The notes beneath the pieces are model-generated. The model was not told the origin of the DNA. It did no database searches and saw nothing but the letters and a program-made list of their open reading frames with translations. A stretch of DNA of 63,382 nucleotides, the filler included, from Choristocarpus tenellus KU-1152 (lineage: Eukaryota > Protista > Phaeophyceae), in the NCBI GenBank assembly GCA_964200185.2. It is 8 parts of 8 records of this genome, joined end to end, with 100 filler letters (N's around TTAATTAATTAA, not from the genome) between each part and the next. Parts side by side here need not be neighbours in the genome. Positions count along the whole stretch, not along the records: positions 37,277 to 46,081 come from CAXNAD020004315.1; positions 46,182 to 60,549 come from CAXNAD020001215.1; 6 more parts are not named here. One strand, written 5' to 3'. A program made the translations under genes and the position numbers. This document shows, piece by piece, positions 37,599 through 52,092 of the stretch. Position 1 is the stretch's first letter. The number at the start of each line of letters is the position of its first letter.

Positions 37599-39307
37599 CT
37601 ACCCCTCAATTGATTTGGATCAATAAAAAGTGATACACAGCATGTAGTCTGTGCTCTGTGTTCATATGTTCTATGTATTATTGTTGCATGGAGGTGGTAT
37701 GCAGTGAATGATATTTATTATGCGGACAAACTGCACCATGGATCAGAAACTCCAATTACTTTTGTTTCCTCCCACAGAACTGAAAGGTCTATAGAATTCG
37801 ATTTCTAGGAGATCTCAGTCTGGGTTCGAATGAGTCACTCTGATTTCAGAAGGCTGTGTGTTAACTATGGAGGGACTATGATTTGATCAGAGTTAGAAAC
37901 ACCGAGATTCCCGAAGAAGGTGGAAGTAAGAGTGAATGAGGTAACAACCCTACACCCTTGGTTCCCTACCCACAAGAACCATTGAAAACTATTCTCGCGT
38001 CTACCATTTGATGTTCACCTAACCAATCACACCCAAAACTGTGTTTGATGTATAATTGGCGATAAAAAAATCAACAATATGTCGGTTTTAGTTGCTTCTC
38101 TATTTTACACCTTTCTCTCGTAATCTTCAACCCTTCTTCCCCATTTCCCATCTTGGCTCTTTCTATCTTTTTCTTTGGTATATGGTTAAGTGAAGGGTTT
38201 AGAAACAAGGTACTTCACCCCATGATGGAAATACCGAAAGCTCTTCAGGATGGCATAATTGATGTAATGTTTCTGTTCTTCTACTCCCATATTTATCTAT
38301 AATATATGAGGAGTGGAGGCTGAGAAAACACCTCAGGATTATACCACCTTCAAAGCCCCAGTCCTCAACAGATGGAAGTACAAAGTACTGTACCCAGTCC
38401 ACAAATATGATGATACTTGATTTCGTGAACCGCTTTGTTGGAGGGAGGAATTTTGACTAATACTCTGAGGGTTAGAACAGGCAGCTTGGCGGGATGATGT
38501 GGAATCAGGTCCGGGCTACTTGTTTGGATCCCAGAACCAAAATCCTTGATGGGATTCACTGAGAACGAGCATGAAAATGTTTGGAGGCAGGCAGAATTGG
38601 AAGTTCTAGGGGTTGTCGAGGAGGAGCACAGAGCACAGGGGGCAGGGAACAGTGGTCCTGTTGTGGTGGAACCAAAGTCACATCCATATATATATACTCT
38701 CTGTCTTGACTGAGGGTCACCCTTCCATAAATGACGTAGGGGCTTGGTATGAAGAGGTTTCCTTGCAATGTACGGGGGGAAGTTCAGCTTGTCAGAACAC
38801 ACGGTCAGGGACCACATGGAGGAAGAAGCATGCGCATTGGTTGATGCCTTAAAGGTTGCAGGAGGGGCCCCAATAATTGATGAGGACAGTGGAACTTACA
38901 ACAAGCCGCTTAGTCAAGTGGTGGCGGAAAGAAGCTCAAACTTCCTGTACCTGTCCAAACTTGCCTATTGCATTTTGACGAATCATTGCTGCCACATATC
39001 AAGGAGACTCAAAGTGCAGGCTCCCAATACCAGGGAATATTTTGATGTCAAAATGGAACAGGCTGGGCCCAGACAATGTGCAGTTCCTCGTCTTTGGAAC
39101 ATTTGGATGAAGAATGTGTATGGATGCATGGTAGGGTGCAAGCAAGGCAACAGAAAGGAGATCGCCTGAAGGAGACTGTACTAGGAATGGTAATGCTTTG
39201 AGTTTCGATTATAATTGAGTACATCGAAATATTTCTGTCCGTTTTTCTTTTAACATTTTTTTTTAACACTCCTTTTTGGTTGACAACATTGCATTACCTA
39301 CTTCAAA

Positions 39308-42207
<2,900 letters not shown>

Positions 42208-43752
42208 TATGATGTGTGATGTGCTCTTTTGTTATTCCTCTGTCTTCAAGGAGTGAAGGAGCAATGGCAGGAGAATGTCCAGTAGTTGGCTGTTTAGGTT
42301 GGTTGAATAATGGGTCTATGTCAAGGGCGAGATATTTGTTGCCACTTGCCGTTGATGATGACTTTGTGTGCTTGGCTTGGGGCATTCACTCCTTCCTACA
42401 CGGTTGTGCTAGACTTCACAGCCCCTCACCTGTACACTCCACTCCCTGTTTGTATTCTGAGGTACACTATGCAGTGGTCATGGAATGGCTTTGCAGAGGC
42501 GGTGTGGGTCAATGTACATTAATTGACCGCCTTGAGTACCATTTTGAACAGTTGTATTACAACCCCTGACAGCAAGGGTCTAGGCTTTAGGGACCTGACT
42601 TACATCCTTACACAGAACCCCATATTTATAGATGTAGAGACTGCCACCCTTTTGCACATCGGGGGCAGGAAACATTTTTCTTTTTTGTGCAAGTTGAATA
42701 ATTTTCTGACAGCATTGGACAGTAGTATAATCTCTTATTGAATGCAAGATTGGGATTTTACTCTCTGGCCTGGTGAAATAGACAACAAGAGTGAAACAAA
42801 GTGTTTGGGATGGTAGCAAAACAACCTTTAAGTGGAATAATTTTAAAAATTTCATCATCACCTCCCATCTTTCCAGCCTGGAATCTATTGCTGCCCCCAA
42901 AATGATTGAAACTCAACAAAATGCCGATTGCTCTTTGCAGGGACTGTGAATGCGGAGACAAAGGACACAGAAAGCACAATACAAGTGTATTGCTTTTTTA
43001 CCACAAAGTCCTACTCAATCGTTGTAAGGCACTAGTAGTACTAGACTGAAGTTTCACCTTTAACAAGAACCAGATGATCGTGACATCTTTCGCAACTACC
43101 ATTGTCGTATCAAGGCAGTCTGGAGATGAGGGAGGAATCCTGGTACCTGTTGAAGTATCCTCCTCAAAACGTTTCCCAAATGGAGTTGTATCCTCATGAA
43201 GTTTGGATGTAAAAACACTCAGAACATTCCTCATTCCCCCAACAATTTGGGGCAAGGGAACTAACCATTGTTTCACCTTCTTACTGGCTCTATTATTTTG
43301 GGTTTACCATGTATGGGGTGCTGATGCTAAGTCCTGGACAAATGTCGCAAAAAAAGGTCTATGTGATGTGTTCCTGTGTGACAGCACAGAAGTGGCTGAC
43401 AACGCTACCCAATGCAGAGAAGAGGCACAACATCTATCCCTGTCCCTCTTCTGCACCATTCCAAACAAAGGGCAGCAACAACTGTGCCCTTTGTTTGGAA
43501 TGGCGCAGAACAATGAAACTGCATGCTTGTTCAACTAACGGCAAGCACAACCAAGAAAAAACAAAGCAATACGTTCATTGTCTTTCTATTTGTCCCTCAC
43601 AAAAGATATGCAACAGGGGCCATTCTAAAATACACTCAGGTAAAATCAAACCATACTTGAAATTCCACTACCGCCAACCTACTCCCACTGCCATGTTAAC
43701 ACCAGTGGCTGCATTAGTGTGGATGCGTTCCAGGCCCCTCCTATTCTTATTA

Positions 43753-45992
43753 TTAACCTCTGCGCATCTTCTTAGCTAGTCGATCCTCTTCACTCTCTAT
43801 CACATACGCATTCTTATCTTGATCCATCGATCGACTTAAAAGCTTCAGGCCTGCCATATTGCGCCCCACTGCATCCCGTGATGCTTCTAGTTGGCGTCTC
43901 AGGTGAATTCGGAGAGAGTCCAGAACACTCACCAGACTACGGTTAGCTACGATTTGTGCCTGTAGATACAAACATGCAGAAAGTGATTTGAGGTAGTGGA
44001 GCACGGTATCGTTGATAGTTGGGTAAGATAGCAAGCAGGCTCGTACCATCAACAGCATGGGACAACTGTGCTTTGAATTCTGACCCTTCGAGAAGTGAAT
44101 TCGTACGATATTGTGTGTCCCTCGTGTATTGAAATGACAAAGTGTGACTATGTTTCTCAAAAGATTTACCTCAAGCGCAACTTTAACCTAGAAAATGATG
44201 CACTTCAAAAGGATCTTGGCAGGAGGGTTGGACACTCCTGTGGGAAACACCTCGAAGAGATTAAAAAAAATCTGATCAAAAGCAAAATACAATTCCAATT
44301 GTTCACTTGATATTACCAACTAGACCATATGCAGGGCAACAAATATATATCCTCACTGCCTACCCGATCAAGGGAGTGGCAGTGTAAATAATCATGTTTC
44401 TCAAACATAGCACAAAAAGAAAAGAAAAGAGAAGGTATCTTGCAATCACAATTCACTCTTCTCAGACACCGAATTGTGACTTATTTGACTCTGTGAGAAT
44501 GATCGCAGGGTGGGAGTACTTACTCCCTGTTGAATCACCAACACATTAAAACCTCAACCAGAAACTGAACACTTTTGTCGGCCCGGCAAGAGCAATCACT
44601 GCGTCTAGGCTCACCTGGTGCACTCTCAATAAAAAAATAGTACAGCGGGAGCAGAGCTCTATGTCCAGTCCAGATGCCAGGAGCTGAACCAGATATCGTG
44701 CCATGGATTCAACCTGTGAGAACGGAAGCACAAGCAATGCCTGCTCCAACTCTGGGGCTTTGATCATCTGCCAGAGAAATTGTAGGCCAGGGTCAATGGT
44801 AAGGTAGGCTACTAGCTCCTGTTGCATGTAAGGCAAGAAGGCGTTTTTTATAGATGCACTCTCAAGCACACAATTGGTCGGTAGTCCTCCTAAGACTTGG
44901 TAAAGACAGTGTTCTTACATTTCCGAGTGGCTTGTGTTCTAACGAGTACATGAGCCCACAACAAACAAATGAATATAGTGGGTGTCCAAAAATCTGAATC
45001 TCAGTACCATAGTTCCATTCAGTCAATATAAAAAGGCATTTTCAGTGCTACATGCCTGAGTGCTGTGTTTTGCTATAGAGTCATGACGTCATCAAAATGA
45101 ACAAACAAAAAATTCAAAATCTAAAAATCAATATTTGATTTTTGTTTTACAATTTCACGTTTCCACATCTGGTTCTCCCGAACATAAAAATTACATTTGT
45201 CGAGCAAGAAGGCGTTACCACGTTGATCAAGATAAGAAATAAAGTAGACAGGCAAAACCTCCCTCAAAATGACCTCTGCCGTACAAATCTGGATAACGAT
45301 AACGAGATCACAATCTGTGTCCACTTTTGAGCCACCACACCACAACTCTTCTGCTATTGAGCACACATACATACATAGATAAACACACACACACACACAC
45401 ACAACACACACAGACACACCTGCAAGGTACGCAAAACATATCGCAGAGGCGACAAGCAGAGCAACACCGGGTTAGGCTTCCTCTTTGCCGGCAAAGCGGT
45501 TCCCTGATCCCGAGCTCGTTTCACAGAGCGATCATGTGCCCTAGCATGCTTCGCCTCCTCATCTGCCAACTCCAACGCCTCCATCAGCCTCTCCCCTGCC
45601 TTAACCGACTCAATTGACCGCTTAGTGGCAGGCCCAGACTCATCCTCAGGTCCTCCATTCTCATCCCCACCACTATCTCCCTTCTTAACCACGGATGCTC
45701 CCTGAGTCTGGTTGTCCCTGCCCAGTTCTGCCTCAAACAGTCCCTCCAGTTCCTTCTCCCTCTCCTCTTCAAGGAACACCATGTCTTCTCCACGCCGCCA
45801 GAGGCGTAGCGAGCGGTCATGGCTCCCACTGATCACAAAAGAGCCATCATGGGACACCTCCAGAGCCCATACCTCAGCCTGATGCCCACGAAGATCCAGA
45901 ATCTTCTCAAAGTGGTCGGCATCCCAATGCCTGATGGTGCGGTCCTTTGAGCATGTGAAGAGGTAGTGGGTGCCAGGCACAAACCTTACACT
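43753..45992 (-). CDS. UTP12: U3 snoRNP/SSU processome WD40 protein UTP12 (DIP2/WDR3), 3' part
   Basis: Phase-0 exons 45992-45420, 44767-44615 and 43959-43753. WD40 repeats (FVPGTHYLFTCSKDRTIRHWD, GHQAEVWAL, SGSHDRSLRLW), LEEEREKELE, SVKAGERLMEAL, and the Utp12 domain LEQALLVLPF...HQAQIVAN...GRNMAGL. Confidence 0.92.
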
Positions 45993-46003
45993 CTTATTTG
46001 TCG

Positions 46004-46034
<31 letters not shown>

Positions 46035-46081
46035 GGGGGGGGGTGAAAAAGAAGGGGGAAAAAAGGCGGGGGCAAAACGCA

Positions 46082-46181
46082 NNNNNNNNNNNNNNNNNNN
46101 NNNNNNNNNNNNNNNNNNNNNNNNNTTAATTAATTAANNNNNNNNNNNNNNNNNNNNNNNNNNNNNNNNNNNNNNNNNNNN
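46082..46181. other. Artificial contig-joining spacer
   Basis: N44-TTAATTAATTAA-N44. Confidence 0.98.
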
Positions 46182-46559
46182 TTGTTTAAGCTAGGGAGGG
46201 TGTTCGATTAGACTCTTCCCAACTCTATCGGACAGTTACGATAAAATATGTATGGAGTAACGGAACAATCAATTAGTGGTTGGGTTATCAGAACATTTTA
46301 CTAGCGATTAGTTGAATGAGAATTTTTCTCATATAAAAGGAAATGTTTATGATTTTATGGGGCCTTGCATGCCCCACCTAAATTTAATCAATCACTCTAC
46401 AGACACTGAGCAATCTCGCCGGGTTTATCACCTTTATCCTCATTGATGATTTTGGGGATACTTTAACATGAGGATTATGAATTTTTTTTTGAAGTTTTGC
46501 GCTTGTTTCTGTCGTACTTTAACGTCTATACTGTGTACTGTATTGTCACAGGTCGCCAT

Positions 46560-47060
46560 TTTTTGTCGTAGAGGTAACGTTCCACACAAGGTGTTCCTAT
46601 ATATATTAATGAGGATCTCTCTAATGCTATTGACGCTCTGTACCTCAAACCCGGCGGAAAGCTGTCTCAGGCTTCCATCAACACAGCAAGAGCGTGGATC
46701 GGTGTGGAAGATAACAATGAAATGGCCAATGCGACACCAAATGACATGAAAGACCAGCTGCTCGAGAAATTCTTGTACCAGTCAGACAATGAAAGCTCGG
46801 GTGATGAGGATGATGGGTTTATGGGAGGGGGCACCGCATCGGAGGCCATGAGGAAAGGAGCAGCCTCTTTGGTGCTCTTGATTCCTCCACCATCGTACTC
46901 TCAAGTAGCTGACGAGTTTGCAAGCTCCGAAACAACCATCGAAGAGTGCAGCATGTTTCGCACCATCTCTGGAAAGCAAAGCTGGCTTGGCTCAACGCAA
47001 TCGGGGCAAGGGCAATCAAGCAAGCGGACATCATAGTTTTCTTAGCAGTCGCGATTTTTT
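46560..47060 (+). mobile_element. Possible decayed hAT transposase C-terminal (dimerisation) region
   Basis: An acidic stretch is followed by weak PLW, ETTIEECSMF and DIIVFL remnants across frames. Motif match is poor. Confidence 0.25.
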
Positions 47061-47120
47061 TATCAGTGAAAAAGTTGTTTTACTCAGTGCATGCGATGGG
47101 GGGTGCATGGCAGTGCAGCT

Positions 47121-47827
47121 TGTTAAAACATAGGCTACTCATCTGGTTTTTCCTTGATACGATACAGTTCCACCTGTCAACACTGATTGTTGATTAGTCT
47201 GTTACACACTGATCGTTACTGTCACTAGTTCATCATCACCACATCAATTACCATCAGAACACCGCAGTAGTACAGAACAGTCGCTCTGCATTCAACACAC
47301 AGGAATAGTATGTGTCACTCGAGTTGCATCATATATTTATTCACGTTTGTTCTGTTCTCTTGTTTGTCCTTTTTCTGTCTTCTCTCTCTTTCTTCTTCAC
47401 ATCACCAGAAGATTATAGTTGTACGTTAATTGTTGATTATTATTTCTTTCTTGGTTGTCATTGATCCCTCATAATGCACCAACCTCACACTGCAATAAGT
47501 GTACCTACTACCTGATGCACACCTGGATGTAATTATAATCAAAGTTAAAACCATCCACTGAAACCCTTGCCAGACAAGGTAACAAACCTCTCCACAGAGC
47601 ATAGACTTCTTTTGTCGTTGAGTATATATATCGTAAAAGAACACTGAATTCACATCACAACATTATTGACTGAGCGATCAATGACCTCAGTTACAAATGA
47701 ATAAATATATCGGTGTTTTGCAGCACAATCGCATCTATTCATTTAACACAAACTACTCATTTTACTCATCCCTCGTAGTCTACGCATTTTGCTCAGAAGT
47801 ACGATGCATTCGATTCAAGTTTTAACA
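47121..47827 (+). mobile_element. Solo LTR (Copia family A), 707 bp, with 5-bp TSD
   Basis: TGTTAAAAC...GTTTTAACA termini, flanked on both sides by CAGCT (47116-47120 and 47828-47832). Confidence 0.92.
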
Positions 47828-48444
47828 CAGCTACATTTGATCCATGGTGGTGTTTTCGATACTGTACTGCATAATATCCTTGTAGAGTGCAGTTGAATAC
47901 GTAGGGTGGGGCATTGGAGTGAGATTGGCTTTGAATGTTGATTTGATTTGAACTGCGAGTCGTCTGTCCAGCCATTCAATGGCTTGCGGATGCTTTTCTT
48001 GGGAAGGTGTACTATACATATATATGAGTGCGTACATCGTAATGAGTGTAATTTTTCCCAAGTTACAGTATGGTATACATACAACACTGGTATACTGTGG
48101 AGGGGTGTTGTAGATGTGGTGCTTGCTGCACCACCACAGCTCCATCGAAATCGGCTCACTGAGGGGAATGTTCAATATATATCTACATGTAACTACTCTT
48201 GAAGGACATGGGAAGCACATACAGCAAGGGCGTCGGTCTGTCGTCGTTCAGGGTCAAGTATAAAGTGTCTACGATATAAAATAGGTTTCTCGTATTACGG
48301 TACCTCGGTTATAGCGCTCTTATATACAATAAGAGAGGATAAGAGAGGATTCACAGTTCCACACTTACAATGTTTTATAGTGTTCTAATGTTTAGGATAT
48401 TTTATTTGTTTAGGGCTAATAACGACATGTATATATATAGTTTT

Positions 48445-48610
48445 GATTGGTTTCCTCCCCCTGCAAAATATCAGAGGGCATAATAATAAAAATATATGAG
48501 AGGGTTTTTTGGTTGTCCCTACCCTCCTTATATACGTACACCAACTCTATTATATTATTATGCCCTCTGACATTTTGCAGATGTGTCAGGGGAAAACCAA
48601 TGAAAACTAT
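48445..48610. repeat. Dispersed short repeat family (TTTCCCCTGAC..CTGCAAAAT.TCAGAGGGCATAATAAT), here as an inverted pair
   Basis: Direct copy ~48450-48490 and inverted copy ~48555-48605. Related copies at ~11920, ~16710, ~52645, ~52895, ~54090 and ~54450. Confidence 0.7.
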
Positions 48611-49619
48611 ATACAACAACTCTATCCAAAATGAAATCTCTTATTTACGGATATGCCTTAAAGTGGTACCCCTCCCATATTCGAACATCAACATCGAATC
48701 GACGAGGTTCAAACCTTAAAACCAACAATCGAACTGAGAATCTTCCCTGTACCTCCACGTTGTTTTGGTATTAGACACAACAACAGTCAACTTTACATAA
48801 TATATAAACATATACCTGTCCAATCCCATCTTTTTAGGTTGGGATTCCACCGTATTTTAGAATTCTACCTCTTTAAGACCTACATCCTAATTTTTTCAAA
48901 GGAAGTGATTTCTTGTCATCAACTTTTCAAAATATATGGTTTATATAGAGAATTGTATGTGGTTGCTCAACATTGAAGTAGGTACGTCATAAAATGTAAC
49001 CAGAAACTAGTGAATGAAGTGGGGTGGAGTGGTTGAAGTTTGGAGGGGGTTGAAGAATATCGGAGAGGTTGAAGGAGGAAGCTGAACGATTGGTCGTGGT
49101 GTGGTTTTGCATCAGATATAGATATTGTGTAACTGTGGTAGAGTTAGGGTTAGGGTTAGAGATTAGAGATCTTACCCATAATTCAGTTGTAAGTATATGC
49201 ACTCTGTCCTGGGAACATGTAGGTTCAAACTTTGGTTGAAACGGTATTTTCTGCACAGGTTATTTGTTCTCGATAAACCACGTGAACAAAGTGCATTTTT
49301 ATCGCCAAGGGATGCAACTGTAACTTTCTATCTTGTGCTAAAACATAGGAGGTCGTAGTGGCGAATATTCAGTGTAGATGCAGGAGTACATACCAGACTT
49401 GTACGTACATACCAGATTTCGAGGGAGGAGACAGACCGGAGGAGTCGTGGCAGCGATATACACCCAACCTGCAAGAACCAAAAGAAGGCACCCGTAGGGT
49501 TGTGTAATTAGTAGTAGTAGTAGTAGTAGTAGTAGTGCAGTGTGCATGCAGTGCCTCTGACCACGGATCGGCAAAATCCCCAAACAAAAGTGATAAATAG
49601 TAATAGTCATCATACTAAT

Positions 49620-49866
49620 GAGCCAAAGTATCTTAAAGGGTAGGACCGCGTCTTTTTGGGGCCCAAAATCCAACGTTCTGATTTGGATGTAATTTTGGCT
49701 ATCGTGTTTTCAAGAAGTGTCAGTATCCTTGTTCCGGACACACCTTTTCATTACGTACACATTTTACCTACTCCGAAACATTTTGGAGTAAAAAAAAACC
49801 ATGAGAAGTCAAAGCCCTAAAAGGACAAACAGAGCAAAAATCTTACCCTCTAAGATACTTTCACTC
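49620..49866 (+). mobile_element. GAG-terminated MITE, copy A (TSD TAAT)
   Basis: TIRs GAGCCAAAGTATCTTAAAGGGTA / TACCCTCTAAGATACTTTCACTC. The adjacent duplicated unit 49991-50170 holds the empty site CATACTAATGATCAC. Confidence 0.9.
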
Positions 49867-50402
49867 TAATGATCACAATAATCATAACCACAATAATAAG
49901 GAATGTACCTTATCTTCATACCTGTATCGGATTGTCTGATGATGTGGAATAATTAAGTTTACAGGGTTGAATGTTTGGAGGATCAGATTGCACGGATCAG
50001 CAGAATCCCCAAACAAAGTGACAAATCGTAATAGTCATCATACTAATGATCACAATAATCATAACCACAAATATAAGGAATGTATGTACCTTATCTTCAT
50101 ACCTGTATCGGATTGTCTGATGCGTAGTAATTAAGTTTAGAGGGTTGAATGTTAGGAGAATCAGATTGAATTGTGGATAGATGATTTGATCAAGTAAGGT
50201 ATATTGCATTGCTGAAGTTGCTATTAAATATATGGTCTCGATTCTCATATAATATGATGTAAAGGGTCGTCGAGGTTAATGACGATCTTCAGCAGCAGTT
50301 AGATGTGCAGTGTACAAGTCAGTTGCAGAAATAATGGGGAAATGACACTCCAGAAGTCCGACATGTCGCTCCCCCTGAACGCCCTGGTGGATGCGGCAAA
50401 AT

Positions 50403-50660
50403 GAGTGAAAATATCTTAGAGGGTACTAGTTTTGCCCTGTTTGTCTGTTTGGGGTTTGACTTCCCAGGGCTTTTTTATGACATTTTCCTACTCCAAAATG
50501 TTTTGGAGTAGGTAAAATGTATACGTTATGAGAAGTTGTGTCCAGAACAAGGATATTGACGCTTCCTAATAAACACGATAGCCAAAATTACGTCAAAATC
50601 GCAACATTGGATTTTCTCCCCCATTTGGACGCGGTCGTACCCTCTAAGATACTTTGACTC
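50403..50660 (-). mobile_element. GAG-terminated MITE, copy B (TSD AAT)
   Basis: Same TIRs in opposite orientation; internal hairpin CCTACTCCAAAA..TTTTGGAGTAGG. Confidence 0.88.
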
Positions 50661-51834
50661 AATACCATGCTGGAATGGAGTTTGGAAGGGCTTCAGGGGC
50701 GGAATCATAGATAGGTGTAGGCTGCCCCGTTTTGGTTGAGATTTTTTGGTGGGCAACCTTTTAGAATCTGCACAATACACCCATTAAATATGAACACGTG
50801 AAAAAAAAATGTGCTTTTCATCGGGGCTGCAAATGTTGCGTTACATTTATTTCCGAATGGAGTATTGAATGTTACACACCTATTGCTGAAGAAAAACCAC
50901 TTCAATTGTTAATTTTTCAATTGATGGAAACTTTGGCGAGTATAAATTTTATTTTGATCAACTAGGGGACAACAAGAAATTCAAATACATCCGTAAATGT
51001 TGATATTAGTTTCATTTCTTCATAATTTTTGCTATGATATGTAAACTGTTTCTAGATTCACACTGAGCTTCCGATCCTTAATAGGTTGTGGGGTTACTAG
51101 CATCCTGTGTGCAACATACGAGGAATCATTTCCAATTACTCAGGAAGGGGAATTTAGGGTGTGGCTGGATCTCGTTCACTCTTCTTGTATTCACCTTCTT
51201 TGGGGAATCTCGTTTCTTCTGACCCTGATCAATAAGCCGCAGGTCCCACAGTGTTAATAGTGATTTGGTGGTGGTTACTAGAAGAGCGTGTTTGCTTCAC
51301 AGTTGCTGTATCCTTGCCTTTCCTCAGTGACAACTTTAAAAGCTAAGCCTAGAGGTCTTCCTTGCTTACACATCAGGTGAACAAGTGATTCACATTTTGA
51401 ATAGATCATCCACTAATACCCAACTTGTCCCCCTCCTGTGCATGTGGCTGATGACGAAACCCACCCTGTTTACTTTCTGCTGGTCTGAAAGGACTGGCGT
51501 AATCCACCGCTTGACCTTCTTCACTTTCTCATACTTGCACACAGATCTCACAACAAGGCAAGGGAGACCCCAGCTTTGGCCGCCCATTTGCAGAAGATTG
51601 TGCGGTGTACCGATGGGACATCCCAAACATAGAGGATACTTGTATAGCAGCCACATCGCCCCTTCCTACATCGTACAAGATCCAAGCATTCACCCTTTGC
51701 GATCTGACTGTCACAATCCTTCAAATGATGGGACATGGCATTCTGGGAAATTCCAAGTTTCCTCTGCGATGCCTACCGCCGTCCCCTGAGACATCAGACT
51801 TTCATGCCCTCTCGCCTCCAGGCATTGCGCCACC

Positions 51835-52092
51835 GAGTGAAAGTATCTTAGAGGGTGCGAGTTTTGCCCTGTTTGTCCATTTGGGGCTAGGCTTCCCATG
51901 TTTTTTTTAATAACATTTTTCTACTCCAAAATATTTTGGAGTACGTAAAATTATGCCTTATGAAATGGTGTGTCCAGAATATGGATATTAACACTTCCTT
52001 GCAAACAAGATACCCAAAATTACACCAAAATCGCAGCATTGGATTTTGGCCCCCAAATGGACGCGGATATACCCTCTAAGATACTTTGGCTC
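51835..52092 (-). mobile_element. GAG-terminated MITE, copy C (TSD ACC)
   Basis: GAGTGAAAGTATCTTAGAGGGTG ... TACCCTCTAAGATACTTTGGCTC. Confidence 0.88.

Noticed and set aside
38365-39169. ORFs of 150 aa (-) and 133 aa (+) upstream of panC
   Set aside because: No recognisable motif or consistent exon structure; possibly decayed transposon sequence, but I cannot support a call.
43203-43779. Cys-rich ORFs between panC and UTP12
   Set aside because: They arise partly from a short inverted repeat (GCACCATTCCAAACAAAGGGCA / TGCCCTTTGTTTGGAATGGCGC) in a probable 3' UTR or intergenic region; no domain signal.
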